A stretch of DNA of 29,601 bases from a virus (lineage: Duplodnaviria > Caudoviricetes). The position numbers and the translations under genes are program-made. The notes under the pieces are model-generated. The model searched no databases and was not told where the DNA came from. It saw only the letters and a program-made list of their open reading frames with translations. Location: IMG/VR virus record IMGVR_UViG_3300020042_003032, positions 1 through 29,601 of that record, one strand, 5' to 3'. Position 1 is the stretch's first letter. Each line of letters opens with the position of its first letter. Shown piece by piece: positions 1 through 8,838 of the stretch.

Positions 1-2
1 AG

Positions 3-254
3 GCAGTACCAGCTACTCTAGAGGAAATCCTTACTAAAGTAATGGAATCACTACAACCTAAATTTGAAGAGTTACAAGCTAAATTTGACGAAATGGCTAT
101 CGCTCATTCAAATATGAAAGAAACTCTTTCTAGTGTATCTAAAAAAGCAACAGTACACAAACCAGCAGACACTAAAGTAAATTTAGGGAAAGCAAACACT
201 GGTAAAAACATCTCTAATACAGAGGCTAGAATAATGGCAGCATTATCAAACTAA
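3..254 (+). CDS. Capsid scaffold protein, C-terminal part (5'-truncated by the window edge)
   Basis: Frame is open from position 3 (AVPATLEEILTKVMESLQPK...). Coiled-coil, charged sequence lying directly upstream of the major capsid gene. Confidence 0.65.
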   Translation, partial: AVPATLEEILTKVMESLQPKFEELQAKFDEMAIAHSNMKETLSSVSKKATVHKPADTKVNLGKANTGKNISNTEARIMAALSN

Positions 255-288
255 TTAATTAAAAATAAACTTAAAAAAATAAAACACA

Positions 289-1200
289 ATGCCAAACCAA
301 CCAACAATTACCTCAAATTATGCCGGAGAATTTGCCGGTAAATATATCGCAGCTGCGGTATTAAGTGCGAACACAATCGCAAACAATGCAGTTACTGTAA
401 TACCAAACGTAAAATACAAAGCAACAGTTAAGAAAGCAGTTATTTCTGGTTTAGTAGCAGATGCAACTTGCGATTTTACAGATGCTGGAACAGTTACTTT
501 GTCTGACAAAGTTTTAACAGTAGCAGAAAAACAAGTTAACCTACAATTATGTAAGACTCCATTCGAGCAAGATTGGGAAGCGACATCAATGGGTTTCAGT
601 TCATTCGATGTTATGCCAGCAACTTTCTCAGATTTCTTTATTGCTAAAGTTTTAAAAGATATCGCTATCGATACAGAAACTTTCTTATGGAATGCTACTA
701 ACGGACTTGGTAAATTATTGAAAACAGACGGAGCAACAGTTATTGCTACTCCTTTGACAATTACTTCAAGTAATGTTATTGCTGAAATGGGCCGAGTAGT
801 TGACGGAATTCCAGCAGCATTATACGGAAGTGAAGACTTAAGACTTTACGTTTCTCAAAACGTTGCAAAAGCATACGTAAGAGCGTTAGGAGGTTTCTCT
901 GTAGCTGCTACTTCAAATGCGGGTGTTAACGCTGCCGGTACAACTTGGTACAATGGTGGCGAATTAACTTTCGACGGAGTTACAATCTTTGTTGCAAATG
1001 GTTTACCAGCAAACACAATGGTAGCTTCTGAAATCTCAAACTTATTTGTAGGATTCGGATTGGCTGACGATGCAAATGTTGTTAAGACGATTGATATGGC
1101 CGACATCGACGGAAGCAAAAATGTAAGATTTATTGCACGTTTCTCAAGAGGCTTACAAGTAGGTATCGGAGCAGATTCAGTTACTTACGGAATAGCATAA
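289..1200 (+). CDS. Major capsid protein
   Basis: 303 aa following the scaffold and followed by a strong terminator. N-terminus (ITSNYAGEFAGKYIAAA) and overall composition resemble capsid proteins of Bacteroidota phages. Confidence 0.85.
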   Translation: MPNQPTITSNYAGEFAGKYIAAAVLSANTIANNAVTVIPNVKYKATVKKAVISGLVADATCDFTDAGTVTLSDKVLTVAEKQVNLQLCKTPFEQDWEATSMGFSSFDVMPATFSDFFIAKVLKDIAIDTETFLWNATNGLGKLLKTDGATVIATPLTITSSNVIAEMGRVVDGIPAALYGSEDLRLYVSQNVAKAYVRALGGFSVAATSNAGVNAAGTTWYNGGELTFDGVTIFVANGLPANTMVASEISNLFVGFGLADDANVVKTIDMADIDGSKNVRFIARFSRGLQVGIGADSVTYGIA

Positions 1201-1210
1201 ATTAAAATAT

Positions 1211-1235
1211 CCGCCTAGTAAAATAGGCGGTTTTT
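1211..1235 (+). terminator. Rho-independent terminator after the capsid gene
   Basis: CCGCCTA-GTAAAA-TAGGCGG stem-loop followed by TTTTT. Confidence 0.85.
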
Positions 1236-1258
1236 ATTAACTTTTAAATAAAAAAAAT

Positions 1259-1783
1259 ATGAGTACTTGCTTAATGGCTACGGGCCGGAAGTTACCGTGT
1301 AAGGACGTAGTAGGAGGAATCAAAAACATTTGGTTTGCTGACTATGGTACACTTGGAACTTTAACAATAACAAATGGTACACTTACTGCGATAACTGGTG
1401 CTGGGACAAACTTTTACAAATACGAAGTAAAAGGAGGAAATAATTTAGAGCAGACTATTACGTCAAGTGACGAAAATGGAACTACTTTTTATGCTCAGAC
1501 ACTTACTGCGGTATTGACAAAAATAGATGTTTTAACACAAGTAGAATTGCAGAAAGCTGTATCACAAAGACCTCACATTTTTGTAGAGGATAATAACGGC
1601 AACTATTTTGCAGTTGGTTTAACTAGAGGTTGTAATATAAACGGGACAGTTTCAACTGGAACTGCATTAGGAGATATGAACGGATTCACTTTGACAATTA
1701 CTGCCGAAGAGCCAATCCTTGCACCTTTTGTAACATCAACAGTAGTAACTTCTCGTTCATCTGCAACACAGATAACACCGTAA
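1259..1783 (+). CDS. Major tail (tube) protein, putative
   Basis: 174 aa, Thr/Gly-rich and beta-prone, with motifs CKDVVGGIK and GTALGDMNGFTLT. Bounded by terminators like a highly expressed structural gene. Confidence 0.7.
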   Translation: MSTCLMATGRKLPCKDVVGGIKNIWFADYGTLGTLTITNGTLTAITGAGTNFYKYEVKGGNNLEQTITSSDENGTTFYAQTLTAVLTKIDVLTQVELQKAVSQRPHIFVEDNNGNYFAVGLTRGCNINGTVSTGTALGDMNGFTLTITAEEPILAPFVTSTVVTSRSSATQITP

Positions 1784-1815
1784 TAAAGTCAGTCTATAGA
1801 GGTTTATTCGGTAAC

Positions 1816-1847
1816 AAAAAGGGAGTGATTAGTTTCACTCCTTTTTT
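1816..1847 (+). terminator. Rho-independent terminator, possibly bidirectional
   Basis: AAAAAGGGAGTGA-TTAGTT-TCACTCCTTTTTT. Confidence 0.85.
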
Positions 1848-1869
1848 ATTTACAAAAAAAAATAAAAAT

Positions 1870-1879
1870 ACGTTATATA
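1870..1879 (+). promoter_or_regulatory. Candidate late promoter motif ACGTTATATA, copy 1
   Basis: Exact 10-mer shared with 21154 and 28674. Lies just after a terminator and 3 nt before the ATG at 1883. Confidence 0.65.
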
Positions 1880-1882
1880 ACT

Positions 1883-2236
1883 ATGACAGTAGTAAACCAA
1901 GACAACGCATCTCAAAGATTTATAACAATCCCTAGAAACTACATAGAGGGAGAAACTTTAACTTTAAAAGTCAGAGACGAGCAAAAAAATACAGTCTTTA
2001 CTTTCTCGCCTACAAATGTATTTCCAAATGTTTACGATTTAGTTTACATAGACTGCAACTTAAATTGTTTATACGAGGGAGGATTCTTTGAATTAAGCGT
2101 CTTAAATGCATCGAGTGAGGTATTATATAAGGATAGACTATTTTCGACCAACCAGAGTGCTGAAAACTACTCTATAAACAATGGTAATTTTATTACTCTG
2201 AATACAAATAACAACGATTACATCGTACTTCAATAA
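1883..2236 (+). CDS. Hypothetical virion structural protein
   Basis: 117 aa ORF between the tail gene and portal, ending 1 nt before the portal start. Confidence 0.55.
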   Translation: MTVVNQDNASQRFITIPRNYIEGETLTLKVRDEQKNTVFTFSPTNVFPNVYDLVYIDCNLNCLYEGGFFELSVLNASSEVLYKDRLFSTNQSAENYSINNGNFITLNTNNNDYIVLQ

Positions 2237-2237
2237 T

Positions 2238-4085
2238 ATGAGAAAAAAAATAGAATTAAAACCTAAAAATACTGGCATTGGAATTGTCAATCTAGCTACT
2301 TATACAAGTCCTAGAATTATAGAAGTAAGGAATCAAGATTGGGTTTCTTATGGAGACGATAATAATTACTTCGGATATATTCAAGACCGTATAAACGGAA
2401 GTCCTACAAACAACGCAATCGTAAACGGAATAAGTCAAATGATATTCGGTCAAGGATTGGATGCAAGTGACGCTCAAATTAAACCGGAAGACTACGCACA
2501 AGCGATGTTATTATTTGACGATAGTACTACCGAGAGACTTTGCTACGATTTAAAAGCTATGGGACAGTGTGCTATTCAAGTTGTTTATTCAATAGACAGA
2601 ACTAGAATAGTAGAATGTAACCACTGGCCTATTGAAACTTTAAGAAGTGGAAAATGTAACGAGGACGGAGAGGTTGAGTTTTATTTTTATGCTGACGATT
2701 GGACGAAAGTAACTAGACAGAATCCGGCAAGACCGATTTCAGCATTTGGCACAAGTGAAGAGAGCGAAGAGATACTTTACATTAAACCATATAAAACTGG
2801 ATTCTATTATTATAGTCCTCCAGATTGGCAAGGAGGATTACAATATTGCGAACTAGAGGAGGAAATAAGCAACTACCATTTAAACAATATAATGAATGGC
2901 CTTGCTCCTTCTATGTTAATCAACTTTAATAATGGAACACCAACAGAGGACGAGCAAAGAAATATTGAAAGAGCCATAACTCAAAAGTTTTCTGGTACTT
3001 CAAACGCTGGAAGGTTTATTTTATCTTTTAATGATTCAAATGATTACGGAGCTACAATAACTCCGGTACAATTAAGCGATGCACACAATCAATACCAGTT
3101 TTTAAGTGACGAAAGTATGCGTAAAATAATGGTATCTCACAGAGTTATAAGTCCTTTACTTTTGGGTATTAAAGATAACACCGGATTCGGTAGTAATGCA
3201 GACGAATTACAGACTGCTACTATCTTAATGCAAAATACAGTTATTAAACCATTCCAAAACTTAATCATTAAGGAATTAAACAACATACTAGCTTATAACG
3301 GAATCACTTTAGATTTATACTTTAAAACTTTACAACCTTTAGACGCAGTAAATGACTTAACTATTACTGAAAAATCTAACACAATTATAGACGGAATAAA
3401 CTCTTTAAGTCCTTTAGTAGCAAACAAGGTACTAGAGTCTATGACTGCTGACGAGATTAGGTCTTTAGTAGGTTTAAAAGCAGCTATTACACAAGCAGCA
3501 CCGCAGCAAACTTTATCTAATGTAGATTTATCGGAGTTTGGAGAAGAGATAGACCTAGAACAATACGAACTTATTGACTCTAGAGCAGTAGATTATGACC
3601 AAGAGGAAAAATTAGACAGTCAATTAAGCGTACATTTAAGCACCGGTAGTGCCTATGGTAACGCAAATAGTATTGAAGACAGTCCGATTTATAAAGTTCG
3701 TTACAGATATGGAGGCAATCCTAATCCAGAGAGAAAGTTTTGTAAAGAAATGATGTCGGCAAATAAGATATATCGTAAAGAGGATATAAATAGAATGAGT
3801 ACAATGAATGTTAATCCGGGATTTGGTATGAGTCCTAATCCAAATGAGCCGTATGATGTGTTTCTATGGAAGGGAGGAGGCTTACTTTCTGACGAATTTC
3901 CCAACGGAACTTGCAAACATTTTTGGATTCGAGAAACTTACGCAAGTAAAGACAGAAGTACAAAAGTAGATGTATATAGTCCTAATGCTGATATCGTTAG
4001 TCCTAGCAAATCTATTGCAGAAAACGGATTTATTCCAACAGTAAACGACCCAAGAGCGTATATTGCTCCACACGATATGAGATAA
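2238..4085 (+). CDS. Portal protein with C-terminal extension
   Basis: 615 aa. Portal-like motifs YGDDNNY, SPTNNAI, NGLAPSMLINFNNG and FSGTSNAG. The C-terminal ~140 aa carry a Cys/His/Trp module (RKFC...WKGGG...CKHFW). Confidence 0.8.
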   Translation: MRKKIELKPKNTGIGIVNLATYTSPRIIEVRNQDWVSYGDDNNYFGYIQDRINGSPTNNAIVNGISQMIFGQGLDASDAQIKPEDYAQAMLLFDDSTTERLCYDLKAMGQCAIQVVYSIDRTRIVECNHWPIETLRSGKCNEDGEVEFYFYADDWTKVTRQNPARPISAFGTSEESEEILYIKPYKTGFYYYSPPDWQGGLQYCELEEEISNYHLNNIMNGLAPSMLINFNNGTPTEDEQRNIERAITQKFSGTSNAGRFILSFNDSNDYGATITPVQLSDAHNQYQFLSDESMRKIMVSHRVISPLLLGIKDNTGFGSNADELQTATILMQNTVIKPFQNLIIKELNNILAYNGITLDLYFKTLQPLDAVNDLTITEKSNTIIDGINSLSPLVANKVLESMTADEIRSLVGLKAAITQAAPQQTLSNVDLSEFGEEIDLEQYELIDSRAVDYDQEEKLDSQLSVHLSTGSAYGNANSIEDSPIYKVRYRYGGNPNPERKFCKEMMSANKIYRKEDINRMSTMNVNPGFGMSPNPNEPYDVFLWKGGGLLSDEFPNGTCKHFWIRETYASKDRSTKVDVYSPNADIVSPSKSIAENGFIPTVNDPRAYIAPHDMR

Positions 4086-4087
4086 CT

Positions 4088-4591
4088 ATGGCAACTACAC
4101 TATTCATAACACAGACAGACCTAAAAGCAAATACTATTTTAAATGGTAATTGTGATCCGGATTTATTTATGCAGTTTATTAAAATTGCACAACAGATGCA
4201 CGTACAAAATTATTTAGGTACAAAATTATACGATGCTATTACTACTAAAATAAATGCATCTACCTTAACCGGAGATTATTTAAACTTGGTTAGGGATTAC
4301 GTCCAGCCTATGTTGATTCATTTTGCTATGATTGACTACTTACCATTTGCAAACTACCAGATCCGTAACGGAGGAGTATTTAAACATCGTAGTGAAAACT
4401 CCGAAACACCAAGTAAAGAAGAGTTAGACATATTAGTCCAAAAGCATAGAACTTTTGCAGACTTTTACGCTACTCGTTTTATAGATTATATGGGTATAAA
4501 TGCAGCAGCTAAATTTCCAGAGTACTGGACCAATAGGGATAGCGATATGTATCCAGACCAAAAAGCTAATCCTTGTAATTGGGTACTATGA
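4088..4591 (+). CDS. Head-tail adaptor/connector protein, putative
   Basis: 167 aa, predicted helical, immediately after the portal (AQQMHVQNYLGTKLY). Confidence 0.55.
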   Translation: MATTLFITQTDLKANTILNGNCDPDLFMQFIKIAQQMHVQNYLGTKLYDAITTKINASTLTGDYLNLVRDYVQPMLIHFAMIDYLPFANYQIRNGGVFKHRSENSETPSKEELDILVQKHRTFADFYATRFIDYMGINAAAKFPEYWTNRDSDMYPDQKANPCNWVL

Positions 4592-4686
4592 AAGAGCCAA
4601 AAAATAAGTTTATCGCATATAAGATAAAGAAAGAAAACTTACAGAAAGTTAAGCAATACTTAAGCAAATTAAATAAAACGAAATGA
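4588..4686 (+). CDS. Small basic hypothetical protein (32 aa), not in the ORF track
   Basis: MKEPKNKFIAYKIKKENLQKVKQYLSKLNKTK; ATGA overlaps with both neighbours. Confidence 0.55.
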   Translation: MKEPKNKFIAYKIKKENLQKVKQYLSKLNKTK

Positions 4687-5018
4687 GTTATAATTTTACA
4701 CATATAAAGGGAGATACATTCGAGGCCGTTAACTTTGCTTTGCTAAAAAATAATGTAGTTATAAATCTTACCGGTGCAACAATTAGAATGCAGCTACGAA
4801 GTGAATGCGGAGGCCTTATTGCATTATCTTTGACATCTGTAGCAAGTGCTGGTATAACAATTACTAACGCTGCTGGAGGATTATTTAAAATAAACAAACA
4901 AATCATAAATATAGCATCCGGTAACTACTTATATGATTTAGAAATCTTATTTTCAGACGGAACTATAAAGACTTGGTTAAGTGGAGAATTTTTAATTGAA
5001 TGCGATATAACTAGATAA
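4683..5018 (+). CDS. BppU-N-like / tail-fibre-associated Ig-like protein
   Basis: Pattern GDTF...NLTGATIRMQLR...GNYLYDLEI...G..KT...G typical of baseplate-upper-protein N-terminal-like domains. Confidence 0.55.
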   Translation: MSYNFTHIKGDTFEAVNFALLKNNVVINLTGATIRMQLRSECGGLIALSLTSVASAGITITNAAGGLFKINKQIINIASGNYLYDLEILFSDGTIKTWLSGEFLIECDITR

Positions 5019-5019
5019 G

Positions 5020-6159
5020 ATGCCAGATACAATAGACATAAATATAAGTCCAGTAATAGAAACGGTTGCGTTAACTATTCAACCTAACTTAACTACTATA
5101 AACGTAAACACAATTACGGGAGGAGGAGGAGCAGTTGATTCAGTAAATGCACTAACTGGAGTTGTAGTTTTAACACAAGATACTGTTTTGGATGGAAGTA
5201 CTTTTAAACAATACTCACTAACAGAAAAAAACAAACTTGCGGGAATAGCTGCCGGTGCAGAAGTAAACGTAAATGCAGACTGGAACGCAGTTAGTGGAGA
5301 CGCTCAAATACTAAACAAACCAACTATACCAGCAGCACAAGTTAATAGCGATTGGAATGCAGTTTCTGGAGTAGCTCAAATATTAAATAAGCCTAGTATA
5401 CCAGATGTATCAACTTTAGTACCTTATACTGGTGCAACTGCTAATGTTGATTTAGGTACTCATAAATTATTAGCAGAAGATTTAGATATTAATCACGCAA
5501 GTGGTAGCGGTGATGCTGCTACAATTACAAAAGGTGGAAATGGTGAGGCATTAAAAGTTGTAAAGACTTCTGGAAGTGGTAACGCTGCAAGTATTACGGG
5601 TGGAGTTACTTTACTTGATGAGTTACATTTAACAACTGATTTAGCTGATACTTACATTTCTTCTGCTCCAACTTGGAATGCTAAACAAAATGCTTTAGCA
5701 TATACACCTTATAGATTTGTTCAAACTTCACAAACTACTCATAGTGGCACAACTGCTGAAACTATTATAGCAACTGCAACTATTGCTGGTGGTACTTTTA
5801 ATAGTAGCGATGTTATGAAAGTTATTTGGCAATTAATAAGACCAAGTGGAGGGGTAAGTGCAGCTACATTTAGACTAAAAATTAATACTTCAAATACTTT
5901 AACTGGTGCTACTTTAATAGCTCAAAATACATTAACAACTGCATTATTTCAAGGAACTAGTATTAGAACATTTACTTTACAAGGTGGTAATTTAATTGGA
6001 TTTCCAACACAAAACTCATTTACAGATTTTGGAGCAAACTCTTTTAGTCCAGTTAACACAACTTATAATACTGCAAATACACTTTATGTATTTTTTACTT
6101 TACAATTAGCTACATCAAGTGATAGTGTGACTTTAACTTTAGCAAATATTACAAATTAA
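5020..6159 (+). CDS. Tail fibre / receptor-binding protein
   Basis: 379 aa, Thr/Ala/Gly-rich. Contains VDSVNALTGVVVL, EKNKLAGIAAGAEVN, two DWNAVSG.AQILNKP repeats and VPYTGATANVDLG, all typical fibre motifs. Confidence 0.75.
   Translation: MPDTIDINISPVIETVALTIQPNLTTINVNTITGGGGAVDSVNALTGVVVLTQDTVLDGSTFKQYSLTEKNKLAGIAAGAEVNVNADWNAVSGDAQILNKPTIPAAQVNSDWNAVSGVAQILNKPSIPDVSTLVPYTGATANVDLGTHKLLAEDLDINHASGSGDAATITKGGNGEALKVVKTSGSGNAASITGGVTLLDELHLTTDLADTYISSAPTWNAKQNALAYTPYRFVQTSQTTHSGTTAETIIATATIAGGTFNSSDVMKVIWQLIRPSGGVSAATFRLKINTSNTLTGATLIAQNTLTTALFQGTSIRTFTLQGGNLIGFPTQNSFTDFGANSFSPVNTTYNTANTLYVFFTLQLATSSDSVTLTLANITN
5269..5403 (+). repeat. Two degenerate 72-nt-period coding repeats in the tail fibre
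   Basis: VNADWNAVSGDAQILNKPTIP (from 5269) and VNSDWNAVSGVAQILNKPSIP (from 5341). Confidence 0.85.
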
Positions 6160-6596
6160 TGAAAACAATAATAGAAATAGAAACTAATCAAGTTATCGGA
6201 GTTACTTTAAATGATGAATGTTTAGAGACTGAAGTTTTAATAGATGAACTTTTACAAGTTGAAATGGTTAAACCTTATTTTAATTTTGATACAAGAGAGT
6301 TTTACGAAGGTGCAACACCGAAAGAAATAGAACAAGCATTTAGAGACAAAACTCCAGCAGAAGTGCAATTATGGAGATTGAGAACTATTTTAAATTTAAT
6401 GAATTTAATAGCTACAATAGAGAATGCTTTAGACCAATTACCAGAGCCAAATAAAACTGCTGCTAAAAATGTATGGAATTACGGAACAACAGTAGAAAGA
6501 AATAGTCAAACTGTTTTATTTATTCAGTCAGTTACACAAATGACAGATGATCAAGTAGACGAGATATTCCAACAAGCAGAAGCAATAGTAATATGA
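6159..6596 (+). CDS. Tail fibre assembly/chaperone-like protein
   Basis: 145 aa coupled to the fibre gene (TAATG overlap). C-terminal WNYGTTVERNS...MTDDQVDEIFQQA pattern of fibre-associated small proteins. Confidence 0.55.
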   Translation: MKTIIEIETNQVIGVTLNDECLETEVLIDELLQVEMVKPYFNFDTREFYEGATPKEIEQAFRDKTPAEVQLWRLRTILNLMNLIATIENALDQLPEPNKTAAKNVWNYGTTVERNSQTVLFIQSVTQMTDDQVDEIFQQAEAIVI

Positions 6597-6775
6597 GCAA
6601 AGAAACTTTAGATAGGTTATTGAATAAATGGATTAGCAGAAAGCTATTAGTTTTTTTTGTAGCTTGTGTAGGCTTATTTTTAACTAAAATAACATCCGGA
6701 GACTGGGTAGTAATTGCCACTGCTTATATAGGTATTCAAGGATTTACAGACATCGTAGCAAAATTAAAAACATAA
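6593..6775 (+). CDS. Holin-like membrane protein
   Basis: 60 aa, two hydrophobic segments after SRK, upstream of the endolysin. Confidence 0.6.
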   Translation: MSKETLDRLLNKWISRKLLVFFVACVGLFLTKITSGDWVVIATAYIGIQGFTDIVAKLKT

Positions 6776-6781
6776 AATAAA

Positions 6782-6949
6782 ATGATTCCTCAATCCTTTA
6801 AAATCTATACTTTGAATACTGCATCAATGCTAATTTCATTCAGTAATATAGAGCAAACATTAAAAATAACTCTATTGACTGTATCGATAGTCTATACAAT
6901 TATACAAACGATTAAACTCTTAAATAAAAAAGATGACACAAATAAGTAA
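6782..6949 (+). CDS. Second holin/antiholin-like small membrane protein (55 aa), not in the ORF track
   Basis: MIPQSFKIYTLNTASMLISFSNIEQTLKITLLTVSIVYTIIQTIKLLNKKDDTNK; hydrophobic core with charged C-tail, overlapping the endolysin start. Confidence 0.6.
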   Translation: MIPQSFKIYTLNTASMLISFSNIEQTLKITLLTVSIVYTIIQTIKLLNKKDDTNK

Positions 6950-7388
6950 ACATTTAACTCTAGAGGAGTTAACCTATTCTGCAACTGCAATTAAATTAGG
7001 AATTGTTAATGTACCTAATCAACTACAAACAGAAAATTTAAAGACATTAGCTCTAAAAGTATTCGAACCAGTAAGAGAACATTTTGGAGTGCCTATACAT
7101 ATCTCATCCGGTTATAGAATAATGAATCTTAACCAAGCATTAAACGGAAGTATTACTAGCCAACATTGTAGAGGAGAAGCTATCGACATCGATATGAAAG
7201 GCGACAAGGTTAGTAATGCTCAAATATTTCACTGGATTAAAGATAATTTAAAGTATGACCAATTAATTTGGGAGTTTGGAGATAAAAAAAATCCGGATTG
7301 GGTACACGTTTCATATACGAAAGAAAACAGACAACAAACTTTAAGAGCAATCAAAGTTAACGGTAAAACACATTACGAGAAGTTTTAA
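6933..7388 (+). CDS. Endolysin, peptidase M15 family (Zn peptidase)
   Basis: SGYR, SQHxxGEAID and WVHVS zinc-binding motifs. Confidence 0.9.
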   Translation: MTQISKHLTLEELTYSATAIKLGIVNVPNQLQTENLKTLALKVFEPVREHFGVPIHISSGYRIMNLNQALNGSITSQHCRGEAIDIDMKGDKVSNAQIFHWIKDNLKYDQLIWEFGDKKNPDWVHVSYTKENRQQTLRAIKVNGKTHYEKF

Positions 7389-7465
7389 GCCACTAAAATA
7401 CTTTTTTGGTATACTTATATAGTTTTAAAATTATTGTCCTTTAAAACGCTTTAAATTGATTAATT

Positions 7466-7666
7466 ATGATAATAGCACTTTTATTTGTATTTAGTTTATT
7501 CCTAGTAATTAATTTTGCAAACTGCGATGTTGTATTTGCACCGATTAAAGGATTGATGTTTGGAGCATTATATAACGATGAAATATTTGACGATGAGACA
7601 GAGCATACTATTCAAGTATTGCTCTTTTTTTTATCAATTAATTTTATTTGGAGTACATTCGAGTAA
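7466..7666 (+). CDS. Hypothetical membrane protein
   Basis: 66 aa with hydrophobic N- and C-terminal segments. Confidence 0.5.
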   Translation: MIIALLFVFSLFLVINFANCDVVFAPIKGLMFGALYNDEIFDDETEHTIQVLLFFLSINFIWSTFE

Positions 7667-7852
7667 TAAATTTAGTAAGAATTTTAGCACTCTGTTAAGT
7701 CCTATAAAATAAGGGATTTTTCGCTAGTTTAAAGAAAAAGAAAAAGTAAGGTAAATATACCTTTATTAAAAATTTGTTGATAAAATAGCCTTTAAAATCG
7801 ATTTTAGCGTTTTTTCTGTATACATTTACATAAAATAACTAAAAATAAAATT

Positions 7853-8689
7853 ATGTCAAAATACCAGTATTTGAATAGTAATATTTTAGAATTACTGCAG
7901 TCTAATTTTAATAATACAGACATCGCAAGGGAGTTAATTCCAGAGGGAGATTATACAGAAATTGAAAATTTACGGAAGTATATATCTAAAATTAAGAGTA
8001 AAGATTTAGAAAATTTAGATCCGTATACTTTTGGAAATCCGAATAACATTTTAATAATTGGAGACTTGCACGCTCCATTTAATTTGCCTAGTTATTTAGA
8101 ATTTTGTTTAGAGCAACAAAAAAAGTTTAAATGTGGGACAGTAGTTTTTATCGGAGACGTAATAGACAATCACTATTCAAGTTATCACGAGAGTGATCCG
8201 GATGGAATGTCTGCCGGAGACGAACTAGACATCGCAATTTGCGAATTGCAAAAGTATTACAGAGTATTTCCAGAGGCAACTGTAATTATAGGCAATCACG
8301 ATAGATTGGTTTATCGTAAAGCATTTACTGGAGGAGTTTCTAAACGTTGGATTAAAGAGTACAAAGACGTATTAAAAGTCCCTAACTGGAATTTTGTAGA
8401 GAGTCTGGACCTATTCGATGTAAATATTAATCACGGAGAGGGAGGCACTGCCAGAATGAAAATGAAAAAAGAATTACAGAGCCAGATTCAAGGACATTTA
8501 CATTCGGATTTATATGTCGATTTTATAGTAGGTAAGAACTTTAGAATCTTTGGAATGCAAGTAGGATGCGGGATTGATTTTAAGAGTTATGCTATGGCCT
8601 ATGGTAAAAACTTTAAGAAACCAGCTATCGGATGTGGAGTACTTTTAAATAAGGGAACTCTGCCAATAGTGATACCAATGCACTTATAA
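7853..8689 (+). CDS. Calcineurin-like metallophosphoesterase with N-terminal helical/HTH-like region
   Basis: All five motifs present: GDLH, GDVID, GNHD, HG, GHLH. Confidence 0.85.
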   Translation: MSKYQYLNSNILELLQSNFNNTDIARELIPEGDYTEIENLRKYISKIKSKDLENLDPYTFGNPNNILIIGDLHAPFNLPSYLEFCLEQQKKFKCGTVVFIGDVIDNHYSSYHESDPDGMSAGDELDIAICELQKYYRVFPEATVIIGNHDRLVYRKAFTGGVSKRWIKEYKDVLKVPNWNFVESLDLFDVNINHGEGGTARMKMKKELQSQIQGHLHSDLYVDFIVGKNFRIFGMQVGCGIDFKSYAMAYGKNFKKPAIGCGVLLNKGTLPIVIPMHL

Positions 8690-8735
8690 ACATTTTTAGT
8701 AAATAAGTTTATTATCGTTATTTGAAATATCTTTT

Positions 8736-8743
8736 TATATTTG
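8736..8743 (+). promoter_or_regulatory. Bacteroidota-type -7 promoter element
   Basis: TATATTTG matches TAnnTTTG. No canonical -33 TTTG at the expected spacing. Confidence 0.5.
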
Positions 8744-8746
8744 GCC

Positions 8747-8838
8747 AATCAATTAGGATGCAACCTATTGATTTAGGTTGTTGAATAATTCAAAAAATAC
8801 ACCCTATTAAGACTTGCATCCTCTTGATAGGGTTTTTT
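8747..8838 (+). ncRNA. Putative structured small RNA or attenuator with complementary loops
   Basis: Follows a -7 element. The 5' hairpin carries GGATGCAA and the 3' terminator hairpin loop CTTGCATCC is complementary to it. Confidence 0.5.
8801..8838 (+). terminator. Rho-independent terminator
   Basis: ACCCTATTAAGA / TCTTGATAGGGT 12-bp stem (one G-U) followed by a T run. Confidence 0.8.

Noticed and set aside
5269-5403. Fibre repeats as a diversity-generating retroelement TR/VR pair
   Set aside because: Differences are mostly synonymous and not adenine-specific, and no reverse transcriptase is present.
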